From assembly GCF_009914755.1 (NCBI RefSeq), contig NC_060941.1: a DNA stretch of 64,000 nucleotides; one strand, 5' to 3'. This document shows, piece after piece, positions 26,901 to 41,750 of this stretch (position 1 is its first letter; each line of letters begins with the position of its first letter). Made by a program: the position numbers and the translations under genes. This stretch comes from the human T2T-CHM13v2.0 reference genome, Homo sapiens. The notes under the pieces were generated by a model. That model made no database searches. It was not told where the DNA came from and saw nothing but the letters and a program-made list of their open reading frames with translations.

Positions 26901-28223
26901 ATACAGTAGATAGTGTCAAAAAAAAAAAAAAAGACAAAGACAAGAGAGAGCGATATAGAGAGCAGATGAGGGCTGCCCAGCCTTGGAAGGGGGGAGTTTG
27001 TCCTGGACAGAGTTCTGTGTATCTATGGTGAGGAGGCCAGACCTGGAGCGGCCTTTCCACAGGGTTTATTTAGATGATAGATGGGTATGAGTGACAGGAT
27101 TGAAATGAAACCCCAAGGAACACACGTGGCACTCCAAAATATCAACAGTACTATAAATATATGTATGTGTGTGTGTTAACTAGAATTAAAGCATTAAAAT
27201 TAATTAAAATTAAAACTTCTAATGAACTATTTCAAAAATTCTAAAGGAAGGAGTGTGGTAATAATAGCCACCGAGGTATCTACAAGTATCAAATGCTGTG
27301 TTTATATAAATGAGAGAGGGCATGAGTATTGACAAGAAATGCATTGATAATAATTGTCCATTGAGAGCTAGGAATTGAAAAAATAACGCAAAACTTTCTT
27401 GAGAATCTCAAAAAAGCAATAACTCCTGAAGAATTGTTGAGGTGACATTTTTTTAAAAAGATAGTTTTGTGTAGCTGGGGACCTGTAAGTCTCAGTGAAA
27501 TATACAAGACAATCATGATAACACTAAGGAAAACAGGAGTTCAGAGCCCTTCTTCCCTCTCTCCTTCCTTCCTTTCTTTTGTACGTGATAGAAATAGTGA
27601 ATTGGAGAATTCAATCCACGCTTTGGGAAGTACTTTTTATAAATGTGTTAATTAAATAGTGGGTAAAGGCACGTATAGAACTAAGAAAACATTGTTGCGT
27701 GGACTTTTAACACTCTCGCCACGCTGGTCATGTTCAGCACTGGCCACGCTCTGACCGGTACCCACATGGTATCTTTGTTGCTCCCTTTCCTAATCAGAAT
27801 CCCATTACATTGCTGAATATATTTGTTGGACAAATGAAGTCCATCTTTTAATTGTATCACTCTTATGAAAAGCAGCCTGGTTCTAGAACAACATTCTAAA
27901 GATAACTAACATAATAATTATGGCAACAATATAGTCGAATGAGAATTGATCCTGTATAAGGTCATTTTCAGTGCTTCTTTTTATCGATTTTTTGTAGGCC
28001 TTCTCTTGCTGTATCTCTCCTGAGTCCCTCATTCTTCAAGAGCTATGACTGTGTTGTCTGCTCACTCTAGTGTCTCCTCCAAACAATTTACAACATTGTC
28101 CTGAGACACAAAAACGACAAGCCCTGTCGAGGACCTCAGGGTTGCTGTTTATGAAGCAGCTTCAGCAGCCCTGGGCCTTTCTCTCTTGCTTGCTTCCTCA
28201 CATCTCATCAAGACTCACCTGTG

Positions 28224-28523
<300 letters not shown>

Positions 28524-28829
28524 ACTCACCTGCTATCTGTCTATGTCTTGATGGGCAAGCAAAATGACTAAAGACGATCTCACAAATTCATCCATAGTGG
28601 GGAGATAGTGATTGCATCTGTCACACTTCTTTCACAATCAAAGTATACTTTACTTTTAAATAAAGTCCTTCTATGCTTTCAGTGAGAAGGGGTGGGGATT
28701 TTAAGCAATTCCGAAGTTCACTGGGGGCACTCAGATCCCACCCCTTAGGCTGCCATATGCTCACTGGAAGGATCACATTGAGGACCCTGAAGAGCCTGAA
28801 GAGGAATTGCATACCTTCTATTATTGCTG

Positions 28830-28980
28830 TTCGCTGTGGATTGAAGTGCGTCTCTCCAAAATCCATATGTTGAAGCACTAACCCCCGATGTGACTGTATT
28901 TGGAGATCAGCCCTTTAAGATGGTAAGTAAGTTTAAATAAGATCACAAGAGTGGAGCCTTAATCCAAAAGGACTGGTGTC
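28830..28980 (+). mobile_element. MLT1A-type LTR 5' fragment
   Basis: aaatccatatgttgaagcactaacccccgatgtgactgtatttggagat, truncated at 28980. Confidence 0.8.
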
Positions 28981-29060
28981 TTTTTTTTTTTTTTTTGGTA
29001 GGTTTTGCCATGTTGCCCAGGCTGGTCTCAAACTCCTGGCCCCAAGGGATCCATCCACCT
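28981..29060 (-). mobile_element. Alu left-arm fragment
   Basis: ttttgccatgttgcccaggctggtctcaaactcctggcccaagggatccatccacct. Confidence 0.8.
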
Positions 29061-29576
29061 TGTGTAAGACTGGAGCTGACATCCATCCATCAGTCTTGTG
29101 TAAGACTGGAGCTGACATTCACACCGTAGGCTGGGCCTCCCAGTTATGACTGCTTTGCTGTCTCACTTACTGCATGTTATCCCATCCTTCTGGATGTGTG
29201 GCAATCCTCGCCACGTGGCAAGGGCACAGCTGGCTAAACTGGCAGCTATGCTTTGGAGCTCATGACAGATGTCTATTGAGAGTAAAGATGAGGAGATTTA
29301 TTAGAAAACTATCAAGATTTTGGAGTGTGTTGGTCACTTTTGGAAGCCTTGAAAGGTCTTGCCTGACTCTCCCTCCCCAGGGTCAGAAGCAGAGCCCTAG
29401 AGAAAAGCCAGTGAGCCTAAGAGGGGCGGGTGTTAATGGTAGAAACCCTCACATCTGTGCCAGGCTCAGGTTCAGAGACCAACACACAAAATGCTATAGG
29501 CTTCTTATAGCTTCCCTAGAAATTAAAGCCAAAATGTCTAGCAACCCAATCGGGTTTCAAGGAAGCTGAAGAACCT

Positions 29577-29941
29577 TGTATTAGTATGTTCTCACACTGC
29601 TAATAAAGACATACCTGAGACTGGGTAATTTATAAAGGAAAGAGGTTTGATGGACTCACAGTTCCACATGGCTGGGGAGGCCTCACAGTCATGGCGGAAG
29701 GTGAAAGGCATGCCTTACATGGTGGCAGCAGGCAAAGAGAGAATGAGAGCCAAGTACAAAGGGAAAGCCCTTATAAAACCATCAGATCTCGTGAGACCTA
29801 TTCACTAACACAAGAACAGTATGAGGGAAACCACCCCCATGATTTAATTATCTCCCACCAGGTCCCTCTCACAATACATGGGAATTAAGGAAGCTACAAT
29901 TCAAGATGAGATTTGGATGGGGACACAGCCAAACCATATCA
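29577..29941 (-). mobile_element. THE1C/D solo LTR
   Basis: tgtattagt...aaaccatatca termini with TSD aacct/aacat. Confidence 0.9.
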
Positions 29942-30474
29942 AACATTTACTAGGCCTGAGAAAAAGTGGCTTATATTTGCTGACTCCCTCAGGTGGGTCC
30001 TGATCACGCAAGGTACCAACAACAGAGAATGGGCTACCAAGCCTGAGCAAGCTTCAAAAGAGAAAAACCTCCTGAGTGCTGTTCTCACACATGACCATGG
30101 GAGGAATATGTAAGGCACAGACTTCTGGGGCTGCTAGATGGGTTAACCAGGATGCTCGTCCGCATGCCTGGATCGGGGACCTCCCAACTCTATTCCTGTC
30201 TTTGACATCAGATCAATGTGGGTAGAAATTAACAAGTCTCCTTGCAAAATAAAATATATATATATTTGAAATTAAAACATTAAATCATAAATGAGTGTAA
30301 TTTATTGAAAGAATAGCACAATACAAGGGAATCTATTAATACGATTTGAAATATTAAAAAAATAATCAATCATACAATCCTCTCTTTGGTCCCTTAAATA
30401 ATGCATCTGAAGAAATTCAATATCCATTAATAATTAAAGCACTTTTCTAGGAATTTAAATATAGGAGGAATATT

Positions 30475-30817
<343 letters not shown>

Positions 30818-30844
30818 AGGGATGAATATTAATCTTAAGTGTGC

Positions 30845-30883
30845 CTTACTCACTTTCTACCAGAGAAACAGAACCGACAAGAT

Positions 30884-30925
<42 letters not shown>

Positions 30926-31240
30926 AAAACCTTTGGATTATGTGATTGCTGGGGTGGCTGGGCATATCTGGTACATCTGAGCTAGGGAAGGGAAGGCTGG
31001 AAACTCTTGGGCAGGATTGGATCCTGCAATCCACAGGCAGAATTTTGTCCTCATTGGGGAAACTTCAGTTTTGCCCATAAGATCTTTCAATATATTGGAT
31101 GAGTCCTATTCCAGTTATCAACAATAACCTCTTTTACTTAATATCAACTGATTGTAGATGTTGATCACATCTGCAAAACATCTTCTTAGCAACATGAAGG
31201 TTAGTATTTGTATGAATAGCTGGGTAGTATGGCCTAGCCT
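30845..31240 (-). mobile_element. MLT2 (MLT2C/D-like) ERVL LTR containing (CA)n at 30885-30923
   Basis: ccagagaaacagaacc + (CA)n + tcaactgattgtagatgttgatcacatctgcaaaa...ggcctagcc. Confidence 0.8.
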
Positions 31241-31573
31241 GTCATCAAAATGTGAGGCACTTTGAGCTTTAAATAACAAAGGACTTTCAAAATATCTTCT
31301 CCTTTTGCTGAACTGAGAAGCCTAAAGAGGCTCATTCTCCCTAAGAAAACAGCAGTCAGATCCTGAGTGATCTCGGGTGTGAGAAGAGGTATGATTATGG
31401 GGCCAGAAAGCTGCAGTGGCTGTGGTCAATGATAGAGGTAGGAAAAAGGAGAAAATGTGGCACCTGCCTTGGGAGGGTTTTGAGACAGGGATTTTAACAA
31501 GGAGTTTGAAGAAGCTTTGGTATGTGATAAGTGAGGCACCATCTGTGCTCCAGCTTCACAAAAAAACCTTTCA

Positions 31574-31890
31574 GGCTGGGCACGGTGGCTCACGCCTGTA
31601 ATCTGAGCACTTTGGGAGGCCAGGGCAGGTGGATCACTTGAGGTCAGGAGCTCAAGACCAGGCTGGCCAACATGGTGAAACCCCGTCTCTACTAAAATTA
31701 CAAAAAAATTTAGGCGGGCATGGTGGCATGCGCCTGTAATCCTAGCTACTTGGGAAGCTGAGGCAGGAGAATCGCTTGAACCTGGGAGGCGAAGGTTATA
31801 GTGAGCCAAGATCTTTCCACTTCACTCCAGCCTGGGAGTCATGGTGAGATTCTATCTCAAAAAAAAAACATAAAAATAAAAGTAAAAGTA
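31574..31890 (+). mobile_element. AluS
   Basis: Full Alu. Confidence 0.93.
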
Positions 31891-32805
31891 AACCAAAAAC
31901 TTCAGTACGCATCTCTCATAGTCTCCAGCACTCTTGGAGTGGGACTTCACTCTTCATTTATTGACACTCTGGTTGTGTGTCACTGTGGTAAGGCAAGATC
32001 GGGGTAGCCCCAGGGCAATTACATTAGAGTTGCACAGGTTTATAGGAGTCAATGAATGAAGACCAGTATTGGAAACACTCATGATTGCTATGTTTGGATT
32101 GCTGTATTATAGTCAAATTTAGGTGGCAGTAAATTGAGAGGATGCTGATACCAGGGTACACACAGTCTGGAACAAAGACTAACAGCAAATAATAGATGCT
32201 TTTTCTTAAGGGATGATCTGGAGTCTTGGTCACTTGACCTGAAGGTTCCAATTCAAACCTAATTATATTACCTCCTTCAGCACCTATAATTTTATTTTTA
32301 CAATTCCCCAATAGTAGAACACAGAAGTATATATTGTCTCGGTTCTTAAAGCAAAACTTTCTTAAAGTTAATTTTGAAGCAAAATAGGATGATCTTTTTG
32401 TTCATCTTATTTTCAGAATGACATAAATTTGGATTTGTTAACTTTAAAATTGCCAAACCAGCTGGGGATGTGAATTTATTTTCACTTCCATGCAGCACTG
32501 AGAAGCAAAATACTAACAGTAGGGTCAGAGTCCTCCAGGTCAGACTCCTCTGGCCTCCAGTCAATGTTAATTAGGGACTTTCAACAGCTGCAGGAAGTCA
32601 ACAATTTAATAAGAAACATCACAAATACCTAATTTGCTCAGCATGACCACAACACGAAATTCCCACATCAACAGAGAGACAAATACTGATTCAAGCAATG
32701 TGAATCAAAGCAGATGCTAGCTGGCCTCCTCCTGTTAAATTGATTCAGAAATGTAGGACATAGTTCTAAGACGAGGCTACTGTTGGTCGCATATCAATTT
32801 AGTTA

Positions 32806-35800
32806 GGTGTTAAGAGGGAAATTTATGGCACTAAATGCCCACATCAGAAAGCGGGAAAGATCTGAAATCAACACCCTAACATCACAATCAAAAGAACTAG
32901 AGAAGCAAGAGCAAACAAATCCAAAAGCTAGCAGAAGATAAGAAATAACTAAAATCAGAGCAGAACTGAAAGAGATAGAGACACAAAAAACCCTTCAAAA
33001 AATCAATGAATCCGGGAGCTTTTTTTTGAAAAAATTAACAAAATAGATAGACCACTAGCTCGACTAATAAAGAAGAAAAGAGAGAAGAATCAAATAGACA
33101 CAATAAAAAATGCTAAAGGGGATATCACCACTGACCCCATAGAAATACAAACTACCATCAGAGAATGCTATAAACACCTCTATGCAAATAAACTAGAAAA
33201 TCTAGAAGAAATGGATAAATTCCTGGACACACACACTTTCCCTAGACTAAACCAGGAAGAAGTCGAATCCCTCAATAGACCAATAACAAGTTCTGAAATT
33301 GAGTCAGTAATTAATAGCTTACCAACCAAAAAAAGCACAGGACCAGATGAATTCACAGCTGAATTCAACCAGAGGTACAAAGAGGAGCTGGTACCATTCC
33401 TTCTGAAACTATTCCAAACAGTTGAAATTGTTCCTTCCTAACTCATTTTATGAGGCCAGCATCATCCTGATACCAAAACCTGGCAGAGACACAACAAAAA
33501 AAGGAAACTTCAGGCCAATATCCCTGATGAACATTGATGAGAAAATCCTCAATGAAATACTGGCAAACCAAATGTAGTAGCACATCAAAAAGCTTATCCA
33601 CCATGATCAAGTCAGCTTCATCCCTGGGATGCAAGGCTGGCTCAACATATGCAAATCACTAAACGTAATCCATCACATAAACAGGACCAATGACAAAAAC
33701 CACATGAGTATCTCAATATATGCAGAAAAGGCCTTCAATAAAATTCAACATTCCCTCATGTTAAAAACTCTCAATAAACTAGATATTGATGGACCATATC
33801 TCAAAATAATAAGAGCTATTTACGACAAACCTATAGCCCATATCATACTGAATGGGCAAAAGCTGGAAGCATTCCCTTTGAAAACTGGCACAAGACAAGG
33901 ATGCCCTCTCTCACCACTCCTATTCAACATAGTATTGGAAGTTCTGGCCAGCACAATCAGGCAAGAGAAAAAAATACAAGGTATTTGAATAGGAAGAGAG
34001 GAAGTAAAATTGTCTCTGTTTGCAGATGACATGATTCTATATTTAGAAAACCCCATCGTCTCAGCCCCAAAACTCTTTAACCTGATAAGCAACTTCAGCA
34101 AGGTCTCAGGATACAAAATCAATGTGCAAAAATCACAAGCATTCCTACACACCAACAGTCGACAAGCAAAGAGCCAAATCATGAATGAACTCCTATTCGC
34201 AATTGCTATAAAGAGAATAAAATACCTAGGAATACAGCTTACAAGGGACGTGAAGAACCTCTTCAACGAGAACTACAAACCACTGCTCAAGGAAATAAGA
34301 AAAGACAGAAACAAATGGAAAAACATTCCATGCTCATGAATAGGAAGAATCAATATCATGAAAATGGCCATACTGCCCAAAGTAATTTATAGATTCAATG
34401 CCATTCCCATCAAGCTACTATTGACATTCTTCACAGAATTAGAAAAAAGTTCTTTAAATTTCATATGGAACCAAAAAAGAGCCTGTATAGCCAAGACAAT
34501 CCTAAGCAAAAAGAACAAAGCTGGAGGCATCACACTACCTGACTTAAAACTATACTACAAGGCTATGGTAACCAAAACAGCATGGTACTGGTACCAAAAC
34601 AGAAATACGGACAAATGGAACAGAACAGAGACCTCAGAAATAACACCACACATCTAAACCATCTGATCTTCAACAAACCTGACCAAATCAACCCATGGGG
34701 AAAGGATTCCCTATTTAATAAATGGTGCTGGGAAAACTGGCTAGTCATATGCAGAAAATTGAAACTGGACCCCTTCCTTACACCTTATACAAAAATTAAC
34801 TCAAGATAGATTGAAGACTTAAATATAAAACCCCAAACCATGAAAACCCTAGAAGAAAACCTAGGCAATGCCATTCAGGACATAGGCATGGGCAAAGAAT
34901 TCATGACTGAAACACCAAAAGCAATTGCAACAAAAGCCAAAATTGACAAATGGGATCTAATTAAAATAAAGAGCTTCTGCACAGCAAAAGAAACTATCAG
35001 AGTGAACAGACAACCTAGAGAATTGGAAAACATTTTTGCAATCTACCCATCTGACAAAGGTCTAATATCTGGAATCTACAAGGAACTTAAACAAATTTAC
35101 AAAAAAAAAAACAACCCCATCAAAAAGCGGGCAAAGGATATGAACAGACACTTCTCAAAAGAAGACATTTATGTGCCAACAAACATATGAAAAAAAACTC
35201 GTCATCACTGATCATTAGAGAAATGCAAATCAAAACCACAATGAGATACCATTTCATGCCAGTCAGAATGGCAATTATTAAAAAGTCAAGAAACAATAGA
35301 TGCTGGCGAGGCTATGGAGAAATAAGAACGCTTTTACAGTGTTGGAAGGAATGTAAATTCCTTTAACCATTGTGGAAGATAGTGTGGTGATTCCTCTAGG
35401 ATCTAGAACTAGAAATACCATTTGACCCAGCAATCCCATTACTGGATATATACTCAAAGGAATATAAATCCTTCTACTATAAAGACAAATGCATTTGTAT
35501 GTTTATTGCAGCACTATTTACAATAGCAAACACTTGGAACCAACCCAAATGCCCATCAATAATAGACTGGATAAAGAAAATGTGGTACATATACACCATG
35601 GAATACTATGCAGCCATAAAAAGAATGAGATCATGTCCTTTGCAGGGACATGGATGAAGCTAGAAGGCATCATCCTTAGCAAACTAACACAGGAACAGAA
35701 ACCCAAACACCACATGTTCTCACTCATAAGTGGGAGTTGAACCATGAGAACACCTTGACACAAGGAGGGGAACAAAACACTTCGGGAGCTGTCTGGGGCT

Positions 35801-35982
35801 GTGGGGAAAGGGGAGGGAGAGCATTAGGAAAAATACCTAATGCACATAGGGCTTAAAACCTAGATGACAAGTTGATAGGTACAGCAAACCACCATGGCAC
35901 GTGTATGCCTTTGTAACAAACCTGCACATTCTCCACATGTATCCTGGAACTTAAGGTAAAATAAAATAAAATTTTAAAAAAA
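32806..35982 (+). mobile_element. 5'-truncated L1PA (about 3.2 kb) with a disrupted ORF2 (RT and C-terminal domains)
   Basis: ORF track fragments [29 protein letters not shown] and the L1 3' UTR with an A-tail; many stops and frameshifts. Confidence 0.97.
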
Positions 35983-36799
35983 GGACATCAACAACAGACA
36001 TTGCTAAGAACAAAAATAAGTAAGTGAATTTCTTGACTGGTAGAAATGGATTTTTTGGAATTCTATGTAATTGTAAACAACAGATTCCTTTCATAAAAAA
36101 TATTCAAGTAGAAAAGGAATAATGAATCTTTTTCACTTTATAATTATTCAAGAATTGCTAGAAAGGTTCACATGCATATCAAAGATGATGAAATATAATA
36201 TTATTTGCCTCTATATTGATTCTCTGATTGGGGAACATTGTGGTTTTTTTTTAAACATTAGGCTATTTCCGTTTCATGTTATATATCTGAGTTCCTCACA
36301 CTTTACTTAGATCCAAGGAGGGAAAAACAAGTACAAATTATTACAAGGACCATTCTTCCACACGTTAAAGGCATGCCTACAAGCTCTGGAGATCTTTCTC
36401 ATGATTATATTAGATACCTAAAATGTCTATATTATCATAGCTGTCTAGGAAATGTGTTATAAATGGCACATATGTAATCTTAATTAATTTACATGGAGGG
36501 GAGTGTAGTTAGGAGGGAAAAAACAGCTTGATAAATTATAAAATTCCTCTTTAACTTTGTATCTCTTTTCCATTTCTTTTTTACAGTTTGTTCTTACCAG
36601 ATGAATTAGTAAAGATTACACACACACAAATGCACACACACACACATATCTGTGTATATCTCCTGGCATGTACACATGTAATACATAATGTTACTTTTGT
36701 GAACCAAGTGTCAAATTTCACTCACTGGGTACTCTTCACTTTTATGGGTCATATTCTATTTTAGAAAGAAGGATTTATTAAGGAAGTGACTTTTGCTAC

Positions 36800-37230
36800 A
36801 GTGCACCTGTTGGCTGCCCATTCTCACAAAGGCCTTTCTTTCCAATTGCTACTCCCAATATAGCCTCATCTAATGTAATGCAGTATCCTGTGTACAACTG
36901 AAGCTCTCTGATCTCTCCTTGGCTCTGCATACTAACTTCGTTTCCTCAAACTGCCTTTCTCTCTGACTCTGGAGCCATATCTGTGGACAACTCCAAGCTT
37001 TTGCCTCCTTAGCTTAACTATCACAAAGGAAATGGAATCCTGCTTCAATTCTTAATACCAGAGTGCTGAATCTAGGTATTCTCTCTTGGGTCACAGGCTC
37101 ACTGCTTTGAACCAACTGCTGCAGAGAGAGGGGTGAAGTTCATGATTGTCTCAGCTTGCCAGGATCAAATAGAACACCACAATTGTCATGGAGGAGATGA
37201 AATTCCTTCTAGAAAAAGGGCATGGTTAAA
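36800..37230 (-). mobile_element. Old MLT1 (J/K-like) LTR remnant
   Basis: ttgggtcacaggctcactgctttgaaccaactgctg motif. Confidence 0.45.
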
Positions 37231-37242
37231 GAATAAAGGGGA

Positions 37243-37372
37243 GGCTGGGTGCAGTGGCTCATGCCTGTAATCCCAGCACTTTCGGATGTTGAGGCAGGAG
37301 GATGGCTTCAGCCTGGAAGTTCAAGACCAGCCTGGGCAACATAGTGAGACCCTGTCTCTATAAAAAAAAGAA
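37243..37372 (+). mobile_element. FLAM/Alu left monomer
   Basis: TSD aaagaataaaggg. Confidence 0.88.
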
Positions 37373-38054
37373 AAGAATAAAGGGAAAAGAGATGCTAAGA
37401 AACTAAAAGTAACAGCTGTCTACTACTGAATATTTGTCTTACTTCAGTTTCAAATATCTTAAACTTAAGCCATTGCAAAAAAATGGTAAATATTCATTAT
37501 CTAAAAGACAAAACCATAATACTCTTTTAGGAAGGAACCTAGAAATTTTTAATGGGTTTTAAATACTTAACTAAATAATAGATGTCGATGGTTTAATACC
37601 TAGATTTATATTTTACTGAAAAATAAAGTTTTTCTATAAACCACTAACACAGACTAGGACAAAACCATTAAAACCAAAAGAACTAGTTTAACACTTGCTC
37701 GTGCTAATGTGAACACATTATCCCAAAATAAATGAAAGGCCAAATTCTTGATGAAGCTGACACAATACTTAAGTCATGTAAGTGTGGACAAAGATCAAAA
37801 GTTTAATTAGAAAAAAGAAAATACACGCAATTTATCCCTAGCACCTCTAATGTCGAAAATAAGTTCCCCAATGATCAGGGTTCATTCATGTTCATGCTCT
37901 CAGGAAAGCCAGGTATTAAAACTGTTCTTTGTCTAATTACATCATAGTATGAGTTATGCTTATTATGAACCGTAGACTGTTTCAATTTCAATCTACTTTT
38001 TAAATGTCATAATTCAAACAAGCAGTAATCGAAGTGACTGTGTTGTATCAAAAC

Positions 38055-38405
38055 GTGATGTCTGTAGAGGAAAGAGAGAGATGAATAGGTGCAGCATAGA
38101 GGATTCTTAGGGCAGTGAAACTATTCTGTATGATATTGTAATGGTGAATACACGTCTAAAAACATAGAATGTACAACACCAAGAGTGAACCCTTATGTAA
38201 ACTATGGACTCTTGTGATCATGAGGTGTCAATGTCCGTTCATCAGTTGTAACAAATGGGCCACTCTGGTGGGGGATGTGGATGATGGGGGAGGCTGTGCA
38301 TGTGTGGGGAAGGGTGGGGAAAGGGAAATTTCTTACCTTTCTGCATAATTTTGCTGTGAACCTAAAACTGCCCTTAAAAATATAGTTTATCAAAACATAA
38401 AAAAA
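38055..38405 (+). mobile_element. L1MC1-like 3' end
   Basis: gaatgtacaacaccaagagtgaaccc...ttttgctgtgaacctaaaactgc. Confidence 0.85.
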
Positions 38406-41300
38406 ACAGTAAAACTGTCCACTATATCTGGTTTGGAAGGGATTATTTTCAAAGGTACACATAGTTTGCAAATTATATCCACTGGTACAGGTAACAGGAG
38501 ATGCTACACTCCTGGGTCGCCCTAGCTCATTTCTCTCCCATCTGCGTGTCCCAATAGACACCATGTTTAAATCTGTGCCCATGTATTGCTGAAGTCCTTT
38601 AGGCATGAAGAATTCCAGTGATGGGGAATTCTCTGTAAATTTGCATTTTGGGAGTAGAAGGGAGGGGTCTACACATGGCAGAGGGTGTGAGCCATTAGGG
38701 ATATCAGGGCCAGAGATGCTGGCAGGTAAAGATTGGCAACATGCCAGGTCAACATGCCCAGGCAGGAAGTGATGCCGCTTGAGCTGCCTTTTCAGAGCAG
38801 TCAAGACTGGAATATCCCCAACTAACCGAGCAACCCCTGAAAAATCAGATCAGACTTACCTAAAGGAAAAAGAATCAGGCTAGGGAAAGAAGAATGAATG
38901 GCAAAGCTTAATGACTTCAATGGTAAGAATTTATCACTAAGAAGCAGAAGCAAACCACTCATGTGGAGAACAGATGTTGTGGACTTGATTTAAGTAGTAC
39001 CAAGTGAGGGTGAAAGCTTGCAGGAAGACATATTCAGGACCAGTCTATTAGAAATGCAGTTTTAGTCCCAACTAAACCTAGTGAGTTTACATCCATTCAC
39101 TTGTCTTGCGTTTTTCTCTCTATTATTCCCCAGCCACGTTGCATGAACATTAGTGGTCCAAGCAAGGGGTGTTGCGAAGGGTCGACCCACTGAAAAAAAA
39201 TTGTCCTGTTATTTGCCTTGCCCCCTGCCCCCAAGTGTTAAGCTGAGTGTGGAGAACCATTCCAGGCCAAGTTTCCTTTTCAAATGTGCTCTTGTTAGCT
39301 TTTTTTTTTTTTTCAGGAATTCTTCAGTTTCTGGTACACCATGCTCACTATACAGCTGTTTTCCCATAATCTCTGAAGATTAGAGTGGGAGGGGAGGATG
39401 CATTTATCTTGAAACATAAATCTTCCATTTAAGTTGTGATAGTAAATAACAAGGGGATCAAGAATCAGCCTCTTCTTTCTCTTCTTCGCTCTCCATGCTC
39501 AAAAAGACTCACTGCCAACTGAAGTAGCTTCTCTGCAGGGATTCTCTTGCTTTCTGCTCCAGGCTCACTGTGGACAACTCCATAGTTTGCTATTGCTCAT
39601 GACTTAGAATTCTACCTTGTTATATTATGCTTCCTCATTACAAGCTTCAGGGGAGATGTACATTGGCTAGGGACAGATCACATATTTCTTACTTTCCTTC
39701 TCTTTATCCCCCCGAAGACTCCTCATAAAGACTTTACTGAACAGTAGGGGTAACCAAGGAAAGTAAGGCCCCATTATCCTTTTTAAGCAAAATCCTGAGC
39801 ATGCATAGGAAAGATTCTTCAAGTCATCCCAGGATAGGGTGGTGAAAACTGGATTTACTACATGGCAAAGTCTCAAAACAAGCAAAGGATAAAATGCATT
39901 TAATTGCTTTTTTTAAAGCTAGTTTGTGTAAGAATCCAAGTGATTTATTTTTCTTTCAGCACTTATCAAAGATGTTTTATAGTTCAAATCTGAACTTTTT
40001 CTGATGTATAAAAGGCACAAAATAAGTTATATGAAGTTCTTAATGACATGACTACAGAGTTTCCCAGTTGAAATAAGTTAAAAGCAAATACTATTGTGAA
40101 GATTTTCTTTCATTTGTTTATAATATTTAATCCAAAGTTGGTGAAACCTTAGATTTCCCTCTTGACCTTGACCTTAGCTCTACTTGGCAAATTATTCGAA
40201 TTGTAGAGTATTTCTTGTTGAGGAAAGCATTCAATGTTTGGCTCAAAAATGTACAGGCACTGCAACATTGGACTTAAGAGAGAAAAGCTCCAGAATACAG
40301 CTTAAATAGATACATGGAATCCATTCACATTTTTGGTGTTCTGGAGAGTCTCAACTCTGTATCACTGGTGTCATTAGAGAGGCTCAGGACTAGAAGAACA
40401 AGGTGGCCATCAACCTTGTCAACATACAGGAAGTTATTTGAAATATTTGTAATGTCTAAAAAGCAGCCAACAAAATGGTTTACAAATACAACGAAGTAGA
40501 TAAAACCCATTATTTCCAGAGGTCCTTGGTCATGATGCTGGGAACTTTCAATTAATCTAAGGAATTGGTCACCAGCATATGATTTTTTAAATTCTTCTTT
40601 CTATCATTAAAAAAATAAGAGTATTAAACTAGAAAAGTTTCTGAGGTGAGAATCCTATGGCAAGTGGCTTTGTTTTGGTTCAGGATATGTTTTTGGATAA
40701 GAAAGAAAATCTTTTATGCAGTCTGAATATTTAAATATTTAAATTTAAGATTGATAATAATTGATGCATACCAAGAAGAGTATGGAGATCCTGGAGTAGT
40801 GACCAAAACAAACAAACAAATAAACAAAAAACACACAGAAAAGAATAGAACAAGAAACTCCTATGATAAATTTGATTCTGTTTGTCATCGAGCAATTTTT
40901 CTCTTCTCCTATACACTTCCACAGCTGTTCATCTTCCAGATGTTCTCTCTTGTGAAGCCTTGTCTTTTAAGAGGTTCATGTTCCTTCAAGATAAATCATT
41001 CTTTTCCATTCCCCAAAGTATTACTTGCTCAAAACAAGCCATTCTCCTAATCCTCATTTAAACTTTCCTAAATTTAGCACAACTCTTGGACACTAAACTG
41101 AACAATTTATAAACTTGAAGTCTTGGTGGAGGGCAAAAACTGTCCACTTTGGCAGCCAAATGGAAGGAAGCCAATCTTCCCTCTTGCCTTCCCCTGTTAA
41201 CCTGGGGGCAGGCAGGTTACTCAAGCCCAACTAATAAGATGCTCCTGCTCAAGTCTTTGGAACCAGAGGAGGGGAGGCAAAGATAAAAGATGGTAGAGAT

Positions 41301-41750
41301 TATTCACAATAGCAAAGAAATGGAATCAACGCAAATGCCCATCAATGATAGACTGGATAAAGAAAATGTGGTACATGTACACCATGGAATACTATGCAGC
41401 CATGAAAGGAATGAGATCATGTCCTTTGCAGGGACATGGATGGAGCTGGAAGCCAGTATCCTCAGCAAACTAACGCAGGAACAGAAAACTAAACACCACA
41501 TGTTCTCACTTGTAAGTGGGAACTGAACAATGAGAACACATGAACACAGGGTGGGGACCAACACACACTCAGGCCTGTCAGGGAGTGGGGTGGGAGGAGG
41601 AAGAGCATTGGGAAAAATAGCTAATGAATACTGGGCTTAATATCTAGGTGATGGGTTGATAGGTACAGCAAACCACCATGGCACGTATCTACCTATGTAA
41701 CAAACATGCACATCCTGCACATGTATCCTGGAATGTAAAATTAAAAAAAC
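41301..41750 (+). mobile_element. 5'-truncated L1PA/PB 3' end (450 bp)
   Basis: 16-bp TSD aaaagatg(g/t)tagagat at 41285-41300 and 41751-41766. Confidence 0.93.

Noticed and set aside
32755-32805. Possible inverted 5' segment and TSD (aggacat) of the 3.2-kb L1
   Set aside because: Only a 7-bp match and weak L1 similarity, which cannot be distinguished from chance by eye.
33211-35740. Cluster of ORFs with reverse transcriptase motifs
   Set aside because: These are fragments of one decayed, 5'-truncated L1 ORF2 with no promoter or ORF1.
38202-38804. 200-aa minus-strand ORF
   Set aside because: Its C-terminal third is antisense L1MC 3' UTR. It has no recognisable domain and starts at a non-ATG codon.
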